From an uncultured Planctomycetaceae bacterium (GTDB lineage: Bacteria; Planctomycetota; Planctomycetia; Pirellulales; PALSA-1355), in the NCBI GenBank assembly GCA_963785305.1, contig CAWAUV010000005.1:512001-576000 (forward strand): a stretch of DNA of 64,000 nucleotides. The letters are read 5' to 3'. A model generated the notes under the pieces. It worked only from the letters and a program-made list of their open reading frames with translations, was not told the DNA's origin and made no database searches. This document shows positions 19,682-28,735 of the stretch, one piece after another. The number at the start of each line of letters is the position of its first letter. Positions within the stretch are counted from its first letter, which is position 1. A program made the translations under genes and the position numbers.

Positions 19682-21199
19682 TCAAAATCCGAACGCGCCG
19701 CGACGCGAATTCGCATCGCGCCAGCGGCACGAGCGAGGCGCGCCCGGCGGCGAGCTCGTCGGCTCGCTCGGGCGCCGCGCCGCGAAAAACCGTTCGCGAG
19801 CCAATTCCAGCGCCATCGCGAGCGCGTCGGGTCCGTCGTCGTGTTTCGCGCTCGGAAAGCCTTTCAATTGTTCGACCAATAGCGCCGTGCCCGGCGAGTG
19901 GCGACGAAAACGAAACTCGCCGCGGGCCAAATAGGGGGCGAGCCCTCGAATGCGCGCCACCTTGTTTTGGGTGTTCGCCCACGGTGTGACGGGCAGCATG
20001 AACCCGTCCGCGCGCAAGGCGCGGGCAATGCCATCGGCCAGGAGCTGCTGAAAGCCGTTGGCCTCGACGCAAAATGCCAGCGGATTGAACACATGGCCCA
20101 GCCGCACGGCGTCGAGCGCCATGCGATGCGCGTCGCGGCGATCGAGATCGGCCTCGACCCAGAGAATGCCCGACCGATCGAGCACCAACATGACAAACGC
20201 CGAGTAGTCGCAGTGGTCGCTCGCCCCCAGCGATGGATCGAGCGCCATCACGCGATCAACCACTTCGGCCGCGACCGGCCACTCGTCGAACCAAATCGTG
20301 TCGCTGAAATAGTCGGCCCGAAACTCGACGTCGAGCGTTTCGGGCGGGTTTTGCTGATAGAGCGCGTTCCACATCCACTCGTAGCCGCTGGCCTGATAAG
20401 CCGCGCGGCGCGCTTCGAGCCACGCATGGTCGAATTGCGGTCGCGGGCGCCCGAGCTCGTCGAAGCCGGTCGGCCAAAGCGGCTGGCCCGGCAAGCGGCC
20501 GAGCGCGTCGCCCGGTTCGGCCAGGGCCGGCAGTCGAATCACATGATAAGCTTCGCCGCCGCGCTGGGCGTCGAGCAGCAACTGTCCGATCAGGTCGAGC
20601 GGGTGCCAGCGAGTGGCGATAATGACCACCGCGCCGCGCGGGCTGAGCCGGGTGCTCGAGGTCGAAAGAAACCACTGGTGTACTTTGCGGCGTTGGGTTT
20701 GGCTCAGGGCTTCTTCGACGTTTTTACAATAGTCATCGACGATCAAAAGATCGGCCCCGCGACCCATGATGCTGCCGCCCACGCCGGCCGCTCGCATTCC
20801 GCCGCCGCCCTCGACTTGCCAGCGATGCCGGGCTCGCGCCGTGTCGCGCAGCCGCACTCCGAACACGCTCGGCCCATGTTCGCGAAAAATATCGCGGGCA
20901 GCCATCGAAAAATCGAGAGCGAGCTCATTCGTGGCGCTGGTGAGAATCACTTGGCGATCGGGAAAGGTGCCGAGGTACCAAGCCGGAAAAAACTGCGAGC
21001 CGAGAGTGCTCTTGCCATGGCGAGGCGGCATTTGCACTACGAGCCGGCTGAGTTTACCCCGGGCTATGTCCGTCAGCGCGCGATCCAAGAGCCGGAGGTG
21101 CGGAAACATCGACCAACGACCCGGGTGAATCGAACACGCAAAGCTCCCCGGGGTCGCCGTGGATTGCACGATGTCGGCAATATTCGAGAAAATTCTCAT
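19682..21199 (-). CDS. terL: phage terminase large subunit (Terminase_6/6C-type)
   Basis: Walker A MPPRHGKS, Walker B GADLLIVDD, coupling motif IATRWH, nuclease ALDPS and HDDGPDALA. Confidence 0.92.
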   Translation of the reverse strand: MRIFSNIADIVQSTATPGSFACSIHPGRWSMFPHLRLLDRALTDIARGKLSRLVVQMPPRHGKSTLGSQFFPAWYLGTFPDRQVILTSATNELALDFSMAARDIFREHGPSVFGVRLRDTARARHRWQVEGGGGMRAAGVGGSIMGRGADLLIVDDYCKNVEEALSQTQRRKVHQWFLSTSSTRLSPRGAVVIIATRWHPLDLIGQLLLDAQRGGEAYHVIRLPALAEPGDALGRLPGQPLWPTGFDELGRPRPQFDHAWLEARRAAYQASGYEWMWNALYQQNPPETLDVEFRADYFSDTIWFDEWPVAAEVVDRVMALDPSLGASDHCDYSAFVMLVLDRSGILWVEADLDRRDAHRMALDAVRLGHVFNPLAFCVEANGFQQLLADGIARALRADGFMLPVTPWANTQNKVARIRGLAPYLARGEFRFRRHSPGTALLVEQLKGFPSAKHDDGPDALAMALELARERFFAARRPSEPTSSPPGAPRSCRWRDANSRRGAFGF

Positions 21200-21682
21200 C
21201 CAAAAGCAATGCCTGGCGGATGTCGACCGTTTGGACGACGAATTGGTTTTGCGCTCTCGGCGCCGGTATTTCAAGATCGCGCAGCGGCGATCGATGCAGC
21301 GGGCCACGATCTCGAGGAACTTGGCCGAGCCGATCTGGCCGCGGCTGGTTTTTTCGGCCCGGCGCACGTCTTTCAGATCGGCGCCCGCCCCGCTGATCTT
21401 GTTGGTTTCGACCGGCAGCAGCGACCGCTGCCAGGCTTCCCATGCTTCGCGCTCGAGGTTGTCGAGCTTGCGAAGTTCGAGTTCCTGGTCGGATTCGCCA
21501 TCGCGGCGGCGCGAAGCGGCGAACCACTCCCGGCGAATCGCCTTGAGATCGCTGGTCACGGTGCGCTCGCTCACCGCGACGCGTCGCGCGATTTTGGCCC
21601 GCGGCATTCCTTGCAGGTAGCAAGTGGCCACCTCCACGCGTCGAAGCGCGATCGCCTCGCGGCGACTAACGGTCTTGCTCAT
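21054..21682 (-). CDS. HTH protein, putative terminase small subunit (frameshift near 21265, or fused to TerL as assembled)
   Basis: VATCYLQGMPRAKIARRVAVSERTVTSDLKAIR HTH; LDNLEREAWEAWQRS; directly upstream of terL. Confidence 0.65.
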
Positions 21683-21763
21683 GGCCCCCCGCGCCTCCAC
21701 CGGCCCATGGGAATGTCGCGGTCGCGATTGCTCGCGTTTCCTTGCCGCGCGCTTGCCGTCCGT

Positions 21764-22821
21764 TCACGATGGCGCGAATTCTCGCTCTTGGTGGTCTGTC
21801 GCGTCTTCATCGCGATCGGCGAAGTAACGGCGAATGCCATCGCGAAGCGCGATCTGACGTGGCGAATGGCCCTCGACTCGCAATTGCCAGAGCCCTTGCC
21901 AATCGCGCTTCAGATCGGTCGCCGGGTCGAAGCGATGATCGATCAAAATGTTTTCGCGAAGATTGTATCCGCGCCGCGATTTCTTGCCGTGCCAATGATG
22001 GGCCACCGAGCCGGTCACGCAGCCGAGATTTCGCTCGAGCGCCGCCGCGCGGCGTTCCCAATCGACCAGCGCCGCCACATAGCCCGGGGAGTAGCCGCGC
22101 GCCGCCCGACCGCGATCGCGCAATTGGCTATAGAGCCGCGCGCTGAGCTGGCCCAGGAGCGCCCAGGCCATGAAGTAGTCGGCGGCGCCGAGCACTGCGA
22201 AGTCGATCAGCCCGCCCAGCGTGTCGAACGCGTCGCGCCGGATCGCCCAGGCATAGCCGCTGTGCCAGTAGCCTTTTGCGCCATAGGGCGGTATTTCGTC
22301 GGGCGATTGCGATGCGCGATGGCTATCGGCGAAACCGCGGTATTGGGCGAATACATGGCCGCGTGGATCGAGATCGAGCCCGCGCGACCACATTTGCACA
22401 ATCGGATAACTTTGCAAGGCATGCAGCGTGGCTTCGACAATGTCGGGCCGCACGAAGGTAAGATCGGCGTCGATCCAGGCGGCGTATTTCCAGTCGCTCG
22501 GCAAGCGGGCGAAGCCGAGATTCAGCGCGTTTTCCTTGTGCCACAAGACGGAGCTCGCGCGAAATTGCGATTCGAGCGGCGCACGGGGCCGCGCTGATCG
22601 TCCTGCTCGATTTGGAGACGCTCGCGGCCGGTCACGGCGAAGGCTCGCTCGCCGTGGGCCACTTCCACCGTGTGCAGTCGGGCGCCGACCGCGCGCATGT
22701 GGCGGACGAAGTCATGGTAGCGCGACCAGCGGCTGCGAAAGCGAAGCGGATTCGCGATTGCCGTGATCACATAAAGCGGCGCGTCGATCCGGTCGGGCCG
22801 CGCGGAAAGTGGATTGTGCAT
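21764..22821 (-). CDS. GT-A fold glycosyltransferase-like protein (frameshift near 22560-22610)
   Basis: LYVITAIANPLRF, WHKENALN, AWIDAD (DxD), GYAWA, HHWHG across two frames. Confidence 0.7.
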
Positions 22822-22876
22822 GGTGCTCGATTGGTTCGAGGTGCGGTGCGAGTCGCGTGGCGCGGGCCACGGTTTT

Positions 22877-23110
22877 TCAGGGCTTGTGGCGAGCGCGCTC
22901 GAACCAAAGGTCTTGCGTTTGTTCGAGCCGGCTGAGGCGCTGGTCGATTGCGCGCACATGCTCTTCTTGCGCGGCTTGCTTGACAAGCAAGGTGATGCCG
23001 GTGCCAATGATCGGCGTCATCTGCCCAACCAAGAGCGCGCAAATCGCGATCCAATTGTTGACACTCAGTGTCACGCGTTGAATATCGCCGTTGTGAGCGC
23101 GAGCAATCAT
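22877..23110 (-). CDS. small membrane protein with coiled-coil tail (holin/XhlA-like topology)
   Basis: 77 aa, hydrophobic segment followed by IDQRLSRLE. Confidence 0.55.
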   Translation of the reverse strand: MIARAHNGDIQRVTLSVNNWIAICALLVGQMTPIIGTGITLLVKQAAQEEHVRAIDQRLSRLEQTQDLWFERARHKP

Positions 23111-23261
23111 GGACCGTCTTTACCTTGGCAAGTGTTTGCCTCGATCGGCGTTGTTTCCAAACAAGCGACATGGCGTCACGGGCAGCCCGCTGGCCGGCGC
23201 ATGCGCGAAACCGCGCGGCGCCGGCGGCGGGGCGGTGAGCGGGGTGTTCGCCGCTCGCCCC

Positions 23262-23416
23262 TAGCAGTCTGTTGAAATGTTCAACAGGTTGCGCCACCGC
23301 GCGGATGCGGTGTCAAAAGAACGACGTAAGTCGTTCTTTTCCGAGCCGCGACGAGCTTTGCTCGGCGCTTGGCGAGGTTTACAAATGCCACGAAGGCATT
23401 TGTAAACAGGCTGCTA
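23262..23416. mobile_element. MITE/REP-like miniature inverted-repeat element
   Basis: Ends TAGCAGTCTGTT / AACAGGCTGCTA; internal hairpins CTGTTGAA-TTCAACAG, AAAAGAACGAC-GTCGTTCTTTT, GTTTACAAATGCC-GGCATTTGTAAAC. Confidence 0.75.
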
Positions 23417-23420
23417 ACAG

Positions 23421-23867
23421 TTAAAAACGTTGCCGGTAGGTCTGCTTCACCACGACCGAGCCGGTCGGAGGCGCTCGACACGGCCAGGGACGAGCCGTGG
23501 CAAGCCAAGCGCTCGGCCAGTCGCTCTCGGAGCCGTGGCTTATTCGCCACCACGCAGGGCGCCGTCAATACTGGCGCCGTGACATAGGACGCAGCCAGGT
23601 AGGGCGCTGCCAAGTACGCCACATTCGGCGCCGAGACCGCGGCCGGCGCAATGCAAGGCGCCGCCACCACGGCCGCGCAAGGCGTCATGGAGGCGATCGC
23701 AACCGGCGCCAAAGCAACCGGCGCGACTTGAATCGGCGGCGCCAGAGGGGCGACCGCGATCGGCGCCGGCGCCACCGGCGCGGCGGCGCTGCCGCGGGAG
23801 GGCAGCCCTGGCCGACATTCGCGGCGCACATCGCCGCGAGACAAACAAGTGACCATCGAATATTCAT
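23421..23867 (-). CDS. secreted Ala/Pro/Val-rich low-complexity protein (two probable indels)
   Basis: AAAGGA SD, signal peptide MNIRWSLVCLAAMCAA, xxAP repeats, reconstructed end VVVKQTYRQRF*. Confidence 0.55.
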
Positions 23868-23920
23868 GCAACTTTCCTTTCGTGCTCGAACAAATCTCCA
23901 CGGGCGAACCATTCGCCGCG

Positions 23921-24376
23921 TCAACGAAACGCGCGAACCAAGGACAGCGGCTCGCTGGCCCGATCGGCCGCGCTTTCCGGCGGCCAAGCGATGTTCGCGC
24001 GACCGGCAATGCGAGCTGCTTCGCTCGGCGACCGTTCCGGTCGATTCGCTTCATTCGATGTCGCGCAAAACCGCTTGGCGCTATCCAAGTCGTATTCGAC
24101 CGGCGCCGCCGCCACTGCCGCGTGGCGAGGCGCCGCGGCCCGCGGCAGTGCGGCTTGAGGCGAGATCGGCCCCAAGCTCGGCGCTTGTGGCTGCACAATC
24201 ACGCTGGCCGGCGCGGCCACGCCCGAAATGTTGCACGAAGCGCCGCTCGACACATTGCACGAGCCGGAGCCACCGCAACCGCTGGAACAGCCGCGGCGAA
24301 ACACCGCCGCGCGGCTTTCCGCGCAGCTCGCGACCACGATCGCCAGCCCCACTCCCCAAATCACGATTCGCTTCAT
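23921..24376 (-). CDS. secreted Cys/Gly/Ser-rich hypothetical protein
   Basis: AAGGAG SD, signal peptide MKRIVIWGVGLAIVVASC, GCSSGCGGSGSC. Confidence 0.7.
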   Translation of the reverse strand: MKRIVIWGVGLAIVVASCAESRAAVFRRGCSSGCGGSGSCNVSSGASCNISGVAAPASVIVQPQAPSLGPISPQAALPRAAAPRHAAVAAAPVEYDLDSAKRFCATSNEANRPERSPSEAARIAGRANIAWPPESAADRASEPLSLVRAFR

Positions 24377-24402
24377 AACTAATCTCCTTCTTGCAAAGAC
24401 TC

Positions 24403-25203
24403 TCACAATCCTTCCAAAACCTTGGCGGTGCTTTCGAGCGCCGCCGCGAGATTCTCGCGACCGGGCATCGCGCCGCGCCGCGCCATGTCGGAAAAAAACC
24501 AACTCAATTGATCGAAAAACGGCGCCCAGGCCGCATAGCGCCCTCCCAGGGCCGCGCTGCAGGTAGCGCGAACATCGGTCAACGGGTCTGGCGATGTGTT
24601 TCGCTTGGCTGCCACGGCCGCGGCCTCGGACCGCAACGCTCGGGCAATGACCGCGGCTTCCGCGCGACGATCGACCGTCGGCGCCTCGAGCGCCCAAGCA
24701 CGAATCAGGTTGGCGGGGTCGGGGCCCTGGCCCGCGGGATTCGGGCCGGGGCCCGAGGGTTGGGGCGCTGGCGGAGAAGCAGCTGGAGTCGCTTCGCGCA
24801 GTTCAAGCGAATGAAAAGCGTGCGCCACGCTGCCATCGACGCCGGCCACCGAGACCACAAACACATAGGTTCCCGCGAATCGCGTGGCGAAGTCGGCCCG
24901 CGCGCCACCGTCGCGTTGGTCGAACCCCACGCTGCCGGCTGGCAAGACCGACCACGCTCGGCTCGACACGGCGCCGGATTCCTGGAGGGTGAAATACAGT
25001 TTTTCTCCCGCGATCGCGGTCGATGGTCCATCGATCTTGACCGCCACCGGCCCCGCGGCGCTCGGCGCGACCATTGTGCTCGGGGCATTGGGCGCATCGG
25101 CAGCCGCGCGCGGCGGCGCGACCATGCCCAGCGCCGGCGTGGCGACGGCGATTGCGACCCAGGCGGCATCGATCAATCGGTTTGGTGAATTGTTCTTTTT
25201 CAT
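24403..25203 (-). CDS. secreted protein: Ig/PKD-like beta domain, Pro-rich linker, helical C-domain
   Basis: Signal peptide; IDGPSTAIAGE...GTYVFVVSVA; PPAPQPSGPGPNP linker; ATG overlaps the upstream TGA. Confidence 0.75.
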   Translation of the reverse strand: MKKNNSPNRLIDAAWVAIAVATPALGMVAPPRAAADAPNAPSTMVAPSAAGPVAVKIDGPSTAIAGEKLYFTLQESGAVSSRAWSVLPAGSVGFDQRDGGARADFATRFAGTYVFVVSVAGVDGSVAHAFHSLELREATPAASPPAPQPSGPGPNPAGQGPDPANLIRAWALEAPTVDRRAEAAVIARALRSEAAAVAAKRNTSPDPLTDVRATCSAALGGRYAAWAPFFDQLSWFFSDMARRGAMPGRENLAAALESTAKVLEGL

Positions 25204-26399
25204 GGCAACACCGGCGGGTCGATGATCGGGTAAGTCGGGCTCATCATCGGGCGAGTCAACAACGCTTCGAGATCGGCCTTTTGCTCGACGGTCCAACCGC
25301 GCGGGCGGATGTGGCCATCGAGCAGCGGGTCTTGACGAATCTCGCGACCCGTCTGAAACCTCGCCCCGGAGTCGTAGTGTTCGATTACGTCGGCGATCGA
25401 CCCAAGCGAGCCATCGTGCATATACGGAGCGGTGCGGGGAAGTTCAAGCAAACTCGCGGTTTTGAAGGCCCGCACATTGCGATTGCCGGCGCCTGGACCG
25501 ACGATCGTCGCTCGGCCGCGGTCCTTTCCATTTGCAACGTGCGCTGAAACACCGGTGTTATGCGCGAGATCGTCGCGAAACAGTGGCGGCTTGTGGCACG
25601 AGACGCATTCATTGTCGACAAACAGCTTCCAGCCGCGTGCTTCTCGCACATCGAGCGCCGCGGCGTCGCCGGACAGGTAACGATGGATCGGCGCGTCGAG
25701 CCGGCTGACAACCGTGGCTTCGAACGCCACGAGGCACGCGGTGAGCGACCGTTCGTCGAGCGGAGCGCCAAGTTGGGCGAATAGCTGCTTGTATCCGGGA
25801 ATCGCACGCAGGCGATTGATCACTTGACGGCGGCTGATATTGCCCATCTCCAACGGATTGGTCAGCGGCATCAGCGCTTGGTCGGCCAGCGAGGCTGCCC
25901 GCATATCGACGAACTGCCGGGTTTGCAACGCGGCGTTGAGCACCGTGGGCGTATTGCGCGGGCCCACTTTGCCGAGTCCGCCATGAATCAATCCGGTGGC
26001 CTTCGCTCGGCCATCGGCCCAACCATGATTTCGGTCATGGCAACTCGCGCAACTCGTCGATCCGTCGACCGACATGCGCGGATCGAAGAAAAGCCGCTTG
26101 CCGATCTCGGCCGCCAGCGATGGCGGGGCGGGAGCTTGGGCCTTGGAGAAGCGTGCGGGATGTAAGTAGGAAATGACGCAAGTAATCAGGATCAGCGGGG
26201 CGATCGTGGCGGCGATGCCGCCGGATGGTTGCGGCTGCCGCCGCGTGGCGGGAATTCGCTTCCTGTGGTCGCTCGCGCATTGGTCGCTCGCGTATTGGCG
26301 CCCAACGGCAAGCGACCGACGGGAGCGGACCATCGAGATGTCGCGGCAGCGGACCAACATCGGGCGGCATCGCCGCCATTGTCTTTTTAGTCCATTCAT
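25200..26399 (-). CDS. di-heme cytochrome c peroxidase/MauG family protein
   Basis: GKRLFFDPRMS, CASCH and CVSCH heme motifs, RNTPTVLN, APYMHDG; exact start uncertain. Confidence 0.88.
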   Translation of the reverse strand: MNGLKRQWRRCRPMLVRCRDISMVRSRRSLAVGRQYASDQCASDHRKRIPATRRQPQPSGGIAATIAPLILITCVISYLHPARFSKAQAPAPPSLAAEIGKRLFFDPRMSVDGSTSCASCHDRNHGWADGRAKATGLIHGGLGKVGPRNTPTVLNAALQTRQFVDMRAASLADQALMPLTNPLEMGNISRRQVINRLRAIPGYKQLFAQLGAPLDERSLTACLVAFEATVVSRLDAPIHRYLSGDAAALDVREARGWKLFVDNECVSCHKPPLFRDDLAHNTGVSAHVANGKDRGRATIVGPGAGNRNVRAFKTASLLELPRTAPYMHDGSLGSIADVIEHYDSGARFQTGREIRQDPLLDGHIRPRGWTVEQKADLEALLTRPMMSPTYPIIDPPVLP

Positions 26400-26408
26400 C
26401 GTGCATCG

Positions 26409-26759
26409 CTACTTTCTGATTCGCGCCGCGAGGCCGCGGAGTTCTTGTTCGCTGGCGGCGCCGACGATTCGGCCGACTTCGCGGCCTTGACGATCGAACG
26501 CCAGAAAGGTGGGAGTTCGAGTGACGCGCAGCGCGACGGCGGCCGCGCGGGTCCGGTCGACATCGATGCGCGTGATCCGGGCGCCCGACTGTTCGATCCG
26601 CTTGAGAATCGGCTTCATTCGTCGACAGGGACCGCAGTCCACGGCCTCGAACGCCACGAGCCCTGGCGCTGGAATCACGACCGGCGCTTGGGCTCGCGCG
26701 TCGTGCGCAAGCGCCAAGGCGGCCACCCCCAAGGCAAAGACAAAAGGTCGTCGCGACAT
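26409..26759 (-). CDS. secreted thioredoxin
   Basis: Signal peptide, CGPC active site, cis-Pro PTF, EVGRIVG. Confidence 0.88.
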   Translation of the reverse strand: MSRRPFVFALGVAALALAHDARAQAPVVIPAPGLVAFEAVDCGPCRRMKPILKRIEQSGARITRIDVDRTRAAAVALRVTRTPTFLAFDRQGREVGRIVGAASEQELRGLAARIRK

Positions 26760-26830
26760 GCGAATTTCCTTCTTCGGCGAAGCGAACCGCGAACAATGGG
26801 AACCGCGAAACAGTTTACGGCGCGGAAGCG

Positions 26831-27635
26831 TCAGGCGGTGATGGCGGCCAAGTCTTGCTGGAGCGTGGCGAGGTCGAAGCCATTGGGCGCCGGACGCGCG
26901 CCATCGACCCAGAGGTTGTCGAGCAGGGCATAGAACTCATCGAAATACATATCCACGGCCGACCAAGTGACCGGCACGATCCGGCCCCAGCTCACGACGT
27001 AGAGGTAGCTCGCGTCGTAGTCGATTGCGAGCACGCAGTGGCCGCCCCAGGAGCCGGGCGCGTTGGGCCCCCAGCGATGCGCGGCTGGGCGCGGTCCATA
27101 CCGCCGCGTCTTGCCAGGCGATCGGCAAGTTCACGCCGCACGAAGCGCCGCCAAACAGGAACAGCGACTCGATGACCGAAGCGTGATCGGTCGGCTCGAC
27201 CGAGAGATAGGCGCCGAGTTTGTTGCCGGCCACGCCATTGGCCCGCCAATCGTCGAGCACATCGATGATCGCCGCGCCGCGATCGGTCGACGGTGAGCCG
27301 TTGTACCCGCTCACGCGCGAATAGGCCGACAGCATCAGCGGCGTAAGCTGTTGCTCGGGATTGGTGATCGTCAGATTGCCCGACTCGTCGGGCACGACGA
27401 GCGGAACTTTTCCATTGGCGGACCAAGCCAGGAGCGCGTGGCCGGTGCAGGCTTCGGTGCAATCGCCCACGGTGTCGTTGCCCAGCATGCCCCAGGCGGC
27501 GACGGCGGCTCGCCAGTCGGTATGGGTGGGCGGGGCCGGCAGCGCCGCGGCGTTCAGGTATTTCGAGAGCCGTAGCAGCCGCGCTCGTTGCTGGGGCCGG
27601 GCCGGCAAGCGGCCGAGTTTTCCGCGAACGGTCAT
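26831..27635 (-). CDS. papain-like cysteine peptidase (frameshift near 27065)
   Basis: WGMLGNDTVGDCT (Cys) and WGGHCVLAIDYD...VVSWG (His) in adjacent frames. Confidence 0.75.
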
Positions 27636-27714
27636 CGTGTTAGTCCTTTTCGAGTAACGGAAAGAAGTGCGAGAGCACGAAGGCATGCACGAACGAAGGC
27701 GATCGCCGACGGGC

Positions 27715-28083
27715 TCACGGATTCGTCTTGAACAGCGCCACGATCGCTTGAATCGCCGCCATGACTTGCGGCAGGTTTTGGAGCAGCAGGCTGATGATCG
27801 CGCCATTGGCCTTGAGCACGGGCATTGCGGAGAGCGCCGCGAGATCGGCGTCGCTGGCCGGCGCCGGATCGAGCGGAAAGCTCGCGATATCGCCCACCAC
27901 CAAGTCGCCGAGCGCCTTGAATGCTTTCCATTTGTCCTCGACGCTCGCGGCCGAGATCATCTGCTCGATATCGCCTAGGATCGCGGGCGATTGCTGGGCA
28001 TGCTGGGCGATCCAATTGAGCACCGGATAGCCGGTTCCCACGCTTTCGGAAGTGAGCGATTCGCTATTCGACATAGGGGGCAT
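27715..28083 (-). CDS. hypothetical protein with C-terminal hydrophobic helix
   Basis: AAAGGA SD; ends IISLLLQNLPQVMAAIQAIVALF. Confidence 0.7.
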   Translation of the reverse strand: MPPMSNSESLTSESVGTGYPVLNWIAQHAQQSPAILGDIEQMISAASVEDKWKAFKALGDLVVGDIASFPLDPAPASDADLAALSAMPVLKANGAIISLLLQNLPQVMAAIQAIVALFKTNP

Positions 28084-28155
28084 GTTTCCTTTCTCTCGGG
28101 TTGATGCGCCAGCGAGCCCTTCTCGCGGCGATTGACGCTGCCATGAGCCGTGCGC

Positions 28156-28206
28156 AAAAAAAGCACGGCGGCGCGGTCGCATGTTCGTGCGACGCGCCGC
28201 CGTGCT
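28156..28206 (-). terminator. strong intrinsic terminator downstream of csrA
   Basis: AGCACGGCGGCGCG...CGCGCCGCCGTGCT hairpin followed by a T7 tract on the minus strand. Confidence 0.8.
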
Positions 28207-28295
28207 GGATGTCGCAAGGCGGTGGGCCCAATCTCTGGGCGCTTGGGAATTAGGACGGTCGGATTGAAATCCGTCGGGCCTGGTTCGACGACCGA

Positions 28296-28535
28296 TTATG
28301 CCGCGTCGCCGGAAACCGAGGTGTTATTCGGAGTGTCCGCGAGGTTCGCCGGTTCCGCGGCCATTTGCCGGGCGCGTTCCAACTGACCGGCGGCGCATTC
28401 GCCGCGTAGGATGCGCACTCCCTCGGGCGCCGCGATGCCGACTCGCACTCGCCCGCGCTCGATGCCCAGCACTTTGAACACGGTCCCACTACTCAGCACG
28501 ATGGTTTCTTGCGGCTTGCGAGTCAGCACCAACAT
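28296..28535 (-). CDS. csrA: carbon storage regulator CsrA family
   Basis: MLVLTRKPQETIV...VRVGIAAPEGVRILRGE. Confidence 0.9.
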   Translation of the reverse strand: MLVLTRKPQETIVLSSGTVFKVLGIERGRVRVGIAAPEGVRILRGECAAGQLERARQMAAEPANLADTPNNTSVSGDAA

Positions 28536-28735
28536 GGTGGGCGATCCTTCTGAAAGCGTTTCCCCTGGGGCGACACACGGCCGCTTGCGAAACCTTCGCG
28601 GCGCCGTTGCTCGACGACGACGCGAATACTACCCGCTTTTGCGAGAGTAGCAATCAAAGGAAGTGAGCCAGCCGCGAGGGCCAACATGCGCGCGCCACCG
28701 CCATCGCCGGTTCACGAATAAAGAGGCGCCCGGTG

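Noticed and set aside
19898..22597. 899-aa plus-strand ORF and similar long antisense ORFs (e.g. 34451-36298, 61075-62955)
   Set aside because: Shadow frames opposite well-supported genes in high-GC DNA, with no motifs
19434..28535. Complete prophage
   Set aside because: No integrase, att repeats, portal, capsid, tail or replication genes recognisable
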